Positions 58,901 to 64,000 of a DNA stretch of 64,000 bases are shown piece by piece; the stretch's first letter is position 1, and every line of letters begins with the position of its first letter. The stretch spans positions 2,090,615 through 2,154,614 of the forward strand of contig BCKQ01000001.1 in the NCBI GenBank assembly GCA_001600695.1. Reading direction: 5' to 3'. A program made the translations under genes and the position numbers. Under the pieces are notes generated by a model, which was not told the DNA's origin, ran no database searches, and worked only from the letters and a program-made list of their open reading frames with translations. The stretch is from Ascoidea asiatica JCM 7603. Its lineage: Eukaryota; Fungi; Ascomycota.

Positions 58901-59890
58901 AAAAATATTTTTACTAAGTGAATAAATTAAGGCTAAACCGCAAGATAATGAAAAATAATGAATTCTAATAAACTTTGATCTTAAAAAAGATAGAAAGAAA
59001 ATCGAAACAAATAAGACTAAGAATAAAATCGCACCAGAATAATTTTTAACAGGATTTGAAATTGTTGAAATAAAAATGGCAAATGCAGAAATTGAAATAC
59101 CAATTGTTGAACCGATTGAAGACATGAAAGTTAATTCTAACTGAGTTCCAACAGAATGAAAAGGGTGATGAATAATTATTGCAATTGGCAATAAAGATCT
59201 TTGATCTCCTAACCAATCACCAGAAGGATGAATTAAACATATAACTAGAGATATGAAATAAGGTAAAATCACTTTAATCAAAGGTATAAAATTTAAGTTA
59301 AGTAAAATTAAAATTGAACTGAAATAATTTTTCCAATAGGTTTTGTAGTAGCTATAACTATAATTTTTATTACTTTTTTCAACATTTGTTTGGTTTATAG
59401 GCTGCTCAGTTGATTGATCAATTGAAAGATCAATATTGGATGAATTTTTAATTTCATTTATAGTTTGAATTAAATTATGATCATTTTTATTTTTATTTGT
59501 AAAAACTGGATCAAAGAAATTATTTCTTAATTCTTGAATGTCAAAGCTTTTTAATGGTTTATAAACTTTAGCAGTTAATTGATTTAACTTAAATTGAGAT
59601 AGAGAGAGTCTTGACAAAGAAGGGTTATTATTTGAGTTACCATTCAAATTACCATTCAAATTACCATTCAAATTACTATTTGAATTACTATTTGAATTAT
59701 TATTTGAATTACTATTTGAGTTGGTATATGAATTGAATTGAGAAGGTGAAAAGGCAGGTTGATTATTTAAAAGATTATTTTTCAATAAATCAGTAAAATT
59801 TTGATACAGATTTGGATTCGGAGATGGAATCTGATTTTTTAGAGCCAAAGAAGATAGATGAGATTGAGAACCAATATCATATGAGGTCAT
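55973..59890 (-). CDS. Multi-pass FUSC/aromatic-acid-exporter family protein (YGL140C-like)
   Basis: LIHPSGDWLG...LPIAIIIHHP...GTQLELT, two TM clusters, WILWPFIARNEVR, SQCYQSITDRYLY and HGMAFSRAFTEI. Confidence 0.8.
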   Translation of the reverse strand: MTSYDIGSQSHLSSLALKNQIPSPNPNLYQNFTDLLKNNLLNNQPAFSPSQFNSYTNSNSNSNNNSNSNSNSNLNGNLNGNLNGNSNNNPSLSRLSLSQFKLNQLTAKVYKPLKSFDIQELRNNFFDPVFTNKNKNDHNLIQTINEIKNSSNIDLSIDQSTEQPINQTNVEKSNKNYSYSYYKTYWKNYFSSILILLNLNFIPLIKVILPYFISLVICLIHPSGDWLGDQRSLLPIAIIIHHPFHSVGTQLELTFMSSIGSTIGISISAFAIFISTISNPVKNYSGAILFLVLFVSIFFLSFLRSKFIRIHYFSLSCGLALIYSLSKNIFNYKFDNYKIIFFNFLVPYIFGLLLSLLTSVLIYPNLSHSTLFTSILLTLQTIKDVLIYSIDNTYQSLSVDGIQQVGNCHYNQPLNNNVSFFHLNQFDNFDNYNDFNNLKNLRNLKTSSNQNSDQITIIIDKLNWSIVQLSEHFREFSNELIKISLFDQTSLISIRNCINYIITPLRAIPFDNILFQGNNNSQFPYSQFLNKEFDFNSNNMTSNSNSNFDSPIFSGNSTPKPSSFPAILPNSFNILDPELFYITVIQNYFKKPAFSLLIDMVKLTEFFQILIIKLCKLKFDKKTLVDTFNLDIEKNKYLQKDFSNKELVEVLKRIQNHLKKKIAKLDHSYRAFTKTNYFCKDLLSGPRIINSFLFMRYQRQVAKSLLLLSTTVLAAIEDNNVINSNFNWKVLFIDYPLKRAMNRLSKQCYRDMGVESIFNYFQTKIDVREAFERIYNLNSSKFAEHKTNENNKDFMNDFDINEYLIHPELSMKEKCPQNENSDKSKKDKSFKNCIRAIDHNDFNTHLTSNKSSKLRFKLWLIINYFASIDAKYAFKLTFVLTFLCLPSWIYPNSWYQEYNCFWCPMLVYLFFNPIISTNLDKICSRVSIGIIGIFLAWISAEIHSNYLHFKSPYIIVLIGTVFAIFMFYRRLVSNHSRSGLIGLLTFTITIMEIYTNNGNDNLNSTKRIWKVTYIVGSSLIIGIITAICMNWILWPFIARNEVRKSFAPLLAYISQCYQSITDRYLYRDYFDDPTELTFELANIREIRMLQLLYSIKDLIKMSKLQHKHFLAGIFYDEMYFENGVSRVRGRNYEIKIYIKLINSCNFILEKIIEARMAAIFYHVKIDRESENWKKMLAIRRDSVVSVIFVLYIVSNCFKSKSEIPIYLPSAISLRKRLFDAINEDHNNSTNDTNNGINENHGIEDRIESEEGNESNFNDHKDSYEEVHWSEVHGMAFSRAFTEITEELDNIIQYSKILLGEEELGI

Positions 59891-60535
59891 TTTAAGTTAA
59901 TATCATTTATTGATACAGTTTATACTGATATTAAATAAGTTTTTGAGAATAAAAGAGGATATTAAAATGCTTAATTTATATTTGAATTTGATAAATAAAA
60001 TTAAAAAACAAGTAAGTCTATTGTAAAATAAATTTTCTCGTTAAAGCATACCGGTATGGCTAAACTTCAAAAATAAATTTTAAGTAAATAATCAATTTAG
60101 ATCTAGTTTTTTTGGTGGATAGGAACACATTGAATTAAAAAAACAAATAATTTAAATATAATGTGAATAATTTTAAAAAAACCAAATAAAATCTTATTGC
60201 TACATAGTAAAAAAAAAGATGAATCATTGTTAAAGAAGATTGATTTGGGGAGTAATTTACGTCTCATGAGTAGTGTTTTAAAAGTTATGTAAGAACCCAG
60301 CCTAACTACCTGACTTTAAAGCCACGTGATCATATTTATAATTGATTCTAAAGCTCAGTTTCAATGATATTACACCGGAAGCTCCCTCAGTAACCGTCGA
60401 GGGACCGTCGGTTTTAGGGCGCTCTATCTCTAAATCCGAACTTGTGACTGCTGTTGTGATTTCTTATTAGGGCAAGGTCGATTTGTTAAGTCCGCCTGCT
60501 CTTCTTCTGTCATATTTAGTGTCAAAAGAGTTCAG

Positions 60536-60564
60536 CCAATGAGCTGCTTGGAAATTGTGCTTAC
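60536..60564 (+). promoter_or_regulatory. CCAAT-N12-AAT (HapX/Hap43-CBC-type) element upstream of CCC1
   Basis: CCAAT at 60536-40, 12-nt spacer, AAT at 60553-55, TTAC at 60561; second CCAAT at 60618. Confidence 0.45.
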
Positions 60565-61215
60565 TCATTGTCACTTGGAATCCGTCTTCCAGATTACGCA
60601 AAAAGACTTTTTGCTCTCCAATGCGGCTGTTTGTCTAGGGATTCTGCGCGCGTTTCTATGAGATTCTGTGCTATTCTACGCAACGAAGTAATAAACAAAC
60701 AAATAAATCTGTTAGTGTTGACCCAATTTAATTGCAAAACAGTGCCAGAACAAGCGAAATATTCGAAACAAATTAAAATTCATCAAGTGCTGGTTATTAA
60801 CTACTGCTACTAAGCACACTTATATTATTAATATACTTCATTTTTAGCGTGTTCTAGCTGTAATTTTATCATTAAATCTATCTATCAATCCAGTAATACA
60901 TAAATATTTTCTATAAATTTATTTGTAATTATTGATGCTGCATTTTTGTTTTGTTTTAAATATTATTTTGTAATTAAATTTATCTATTTATATTCACCCA
61001 GATTCTCATAAATTGTTTTCAATCCAAATTACTTCGATACTTTTAATTGTTTAAATATTATTATTACATTTTATCCTTAAATTATTCTTTACCAAATATT
61101 ATAAATTTATAAATTTATAAAGTCATAAAGTATAATTAACTATCATACTATAAAATACTATAAACTACCATAAAATATATTCTAGCATATAAAAAAATAT
61201 TATTACACTTATATT

Positions 61216-62346
61216 ATGTCTCTTGTTGGTATAAAAAATTTAATTGGTAATTACTGGGCTTCTCAAAATAATTCAAAAAATACTTCAACTGATAATAAAA
61301 ATTCTTCTAATGTTGATAAAAATAAATTAAAAGAGAATTCTTCTTTATATAATACTTGGGATTCTTCGAATTATGGTTCAACCTCTTCTTCTGATGATTA
61401 TAATTATCCTCCTACTTATCCTCAAAATTTAAATTCAAATTTGATCAACATAAATAACAGTCAAGAAGAAGGTAGACCACTTCTAGATGAAGAAAACAAT
61501 ATTGAGAATAATCTTGGAAATACTGGAAATATTGAAAATAATATCGAAAGTATCATAAAAAGTAATAGCAACTCAATATTTTCTATAAGTGATGATATCT
61601 TTGATAATTCTTCAATATCATCCTCAACCTCAAACTCTAATTCAAATTCAAATACTTCATCTTTTGATCCAAGAGTAATGAGTGATATGATTATTGGCTT
61701 ATCTGATGGTTTAACTGTGCCTTTTGCTTTAACTGCAGGTTTATCTTCTTTAGGTGATGCTCATTTAGTTATAACTGGAGGTTTAGCTGAATTAATATCT
61801 GGGGCAATTTCAATGGGTCTTGGTGGTTATTTAGCAGCAAAATCTGAATCTCAATATTATAATAATGAAGTTTCAAAAGAAAAATTAATATTTTTAAAAA
61901 ATCCACAAAACATTGAATCGAATATTATTGAAATTTTAACTGATATTGGTATTACAAATCAATCAATTCAATTAGCTTTTATTCATGATTTAAAACAAAA
62001 ACCAAAAAAATTAATAAATTTTATTATACGTTATGGTAAAGATTTAGAAAAACCAGCAGAAAATAGACAATTTACTTCTGCAATTACAATTGGTTTAAGT
62101 TATTTTATTGGTGGCTTTATACCTTTAATTCCATATTTTTTTATCTCAACTGTTAATATTGGTTTAATTATAAGTTGTATAATAATGTTAATTACATTAT
62201 TTGCTTTTGGTTATATCAAAACAACTTTATCTTTAGGTAATGATATAAGTTATGCTTATAAATCTTATGAAGGTTTACAAATGGTTCTTGTTGGAGGTTT
62301 TGCTGCTGGTTCAGCATGGGGTCTTGTTAGATTCATAGGTAGTTGA
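61216..62346 (+). CDS. CCC1: Vacuolar Fe/Mn transporter Ccc1 (VIT1 family)
   Basis: DPRVMSDMIIGLSDGLTVPFALTAGLSSLG, AELISGAISMGLGGYLAAKSE and SYFIGGFIPLIPYFF. Confidence 0.96.
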   Translation: MSLVGIKNLIGNYWASQNNSKNTSTDNKNSSNVDKNKLKENSSLYNTWDSSNYGSTSSSDDYNYPPTYPQNLNSNLININNSQEEGRPLLDEENNIENNLGNTGNIENNIESIIKSNSNSIFSISDDIFDNSSISSSTSNSNSNSNTSSFDPRVMSDMIIGLSDGLTVPFALTAGLSSLGDAHLVITGGLAELISGAISMGLGGYLAAKSESQYYNNEVSKEKLIFLKNPQNIESNIIEILTDIGITNQSIQLAFIHDLKQKPKKLINFIIRYGKDLEKPAENRQFTSAITIGLSYFIGGFIPLIPYFFISTVNIGLIISCIIMLITLFAFGYIKTTLSLGNDISYAYKSYEGLQMVLVGGFAAGSAWGLVRFIGS

Positions 62347-63097
62347 GAAAAGTTTAAAATAAGATCAAAAACTTTTGAAATGAAAAAATTGAAAAAATTG
62401 AAAAAAATTTGGCTTTTCTTTTTATCATTTTTTGTTTTCTTTATATTTCATCAATTTGTATTATACAACCTATATTCAGTTCCCTTCAATCAATCAATTA
62501 AATACTCTTAGAAAATGATTAAATCAGTTATTCAAATAATCATCTAGACTTATATACAACTGGACAACTGTATATTACTCTTGAATTTACTCAATTATTT
62601 TGGTTTGTTTTTAGTCTTTTATTTTATGTCTGAAAAATGATTTCATTTATTTCTTAATTAAATTCTATCTTCCTTTATTTTTCTTTTTTCTTCATCTTTA
62701 TGCTTTTCTTTCCCTTTGCCATATGGAATTCCATCCTATCTCTGTCTTCATATTATCAACTACGTCTCTTAATTTTTATATTTTTTTATACATCTATACA
62801 CTATATAATACTTCTTTACTTGTCAAATTAATAATTGAATAGTTTTTTTCCATTAGTTCAATCTGCGCGTTCTTTGTTATATTTTAGTTCAACCTACTTT
62901 TCTGTAATAAATAAAAAGCAAATAAAATATTTATAAAAAAAATATATATACATTAATAAAATTTAAATTATAATATAGGTTCACGATTCAAAGCAAAACA
63001 ATTTAAATATATAAAAAATAAAAAATAGAATACTGAGATATAACATATACTGCACAATTTAGGAGAGATATATTACCAAAAAAATATTCGAAATTGT

Positions 63098-64000
63098 TCA
63101 TAGCTTAGATTCAAAGTAAGAATCATCATCATTATTATCATTAGAATTTTCAGACATTTTTAAAATATTAGTTGGGGTTGGAACTTTGGTCATTGAAAAT
63201 TCTCCAAATGATTCAATTTTATCAATAACTTCTTTACAGTTAATTAAATCTAGTTTATTTAAATTTTGTTCATTAAATTCATTCTTTTTTCTTAAAATAT
63301 TCTCATTAGTCGAGTTCAAATAAACTATTAACTTCGATGAAGTTTCATCATTGTAGAAAAATTCTTCAAAAAATTTAACTAAATCTTGTTTTTTGATTTC
63401 TTCAAGGATTTTTAAATTATCTTGAATCCAATTGAAGTTATAAAAATTTTTGAAAATTGGAGTGAAATATGCAAGATATTCACTTCTTTGATTTTTAAAG
63501 TTTAATAATTCTTTCATATTAGCTTTCAATGAATTGATTTTTCCATTAAATTTTTCATCCGATAAATTCTTAATTAATTCATAAACAGATGTTTTTAGAA
63601 AATGAGTGATTCTTGTTTCAACGTATTCTAAAGGTTTATCTGATTGAATAATAAACTTATAGCCAACAAAATTGGAAGAGTGAAACTTAGAAGAAAAAAT
63701 TAAATAGCATAATTGTTCTTTTGTTCTTAATTGATCAAATGCTAGATCTTTTGTTAATTCACTAAACAAATCTAATAACACTAGATTTTTTTTTGTATTA
63801 TTCATATTGTTTAGCATTTCAACTTCATCACCAATTTGTACAATATATTCAATACATGAATTGACATTTGATCTATCTAATAGATTTGAAGTGAATCTAT
63901 AATTTGAACCTTTATCTAACAAATAATTTTTAGGATATAATAATTCCTTAGGTGTGAAAGTTTTAAATTTCAAATTTGAGAGAAAATCATTGGAAATAAT
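63098..64000 (-). CDS. Ste23/insulysin-like M16A peptidase, copy 2 (C-terminal part; 5' end outside the window)
   Basis: Frame is open to the window edge. NSCIEY, AFDQLRTKEQLCYLIFS and IIQSDK...YVETRITHFL align with the C-terminus of copy 1. Ends ESKL-stop. Confidence 0.88.
   Translation of the reverse strand: MISNDFLSNLKFKTFTPKELLYPKNYLLDKGSNYRFTSNLLDRSNVNSCIEYIVQIGDEVEMLNNMNNTKKNLVLLDLFSELTKDLAFDQLRTKEQLCYLIFSSKFHSSNFVGYKFIIQSDKPLEYVETRITHFLKTSVYELIKNLSDEKFNGKINSLKANMKELLNFKNQRSEYLAYFTPIFKNFYNFNWIQDNLKILEEIKKQDLVKFFEEFFYNDETSSKLIVYLNSTNENILRKKNEFNEQNLNKLDLINCKEVIDKIESFGEFSMTKVPTPTNILKMSENSNDNNDDDSYFESKL

Noticed and set aside
31810-62346. Metal-homeostasis gene cluster (Crd2-like, MTM1, CCC1)
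   Set aside because: CCC1 is about 27 kb from MTM1 with many unrelated genes between; only the Crd2-like/MTM1 adjacency is real, which is insufficient.
1-64000. CRISPR array, LTR retrotransposon, rRNA or prokaryotic/viral insert
   Set aside because: No repeat-spacer structure, gag/pol or transposase ORF, or rRNA-like sequence; the genes are fungal nuclear types.

Overview
A very AT-rich, microsatellite-rich nuclear segment from a budding yeast (Saccharomycotina). The TTG/GTG starts and most short or antisense ORFs in the supplied track are artefacts. The composition, poly-Asn tracts, few introns and a complex I subunit suggest a non-Saccharomyces lineage, possibly Ascoidea-like (inference only). 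Gene order: partial beta-propeller-like gene, NAD kinase, DCP2, Ca3427-like binding protein, AAT2, NAB3, eIF4G, SUB2 (900-nt intron), Ste23/insulysin copy 1, tRNA-Ser(AGA), a 32-aa Crd2-type metallothionein-like peptide, MTM1, MDM10, SWC3, a GRE2-like pseudogene, REH1/REI1, a degenerate acyl-CoA-synthetase-like membrane protein, a Nup1-like FG nucleoporin, a spliced complex I subunit (NUUM), RIO2, OST4, a YGL140C-like FUSC protein, CCC1 and Ste23/insulysin copy 2 (partial). Best leads: (1) the miniature Crd2-like peptide missed by the ORF track; (2) two insulysin paralogs with different targeting signals (mitochondrial-type presequence plus FKL, versus SKL); (3) a long, weakly signalled, hairpin-rich SUB2 intron; (4) an ANL-fold pseudoenzyme; (5) GC-island promoters with CACGTG boxes. 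No mobile element or CRISPR array was found. All family assignments come from recalled motifs, not database searches.
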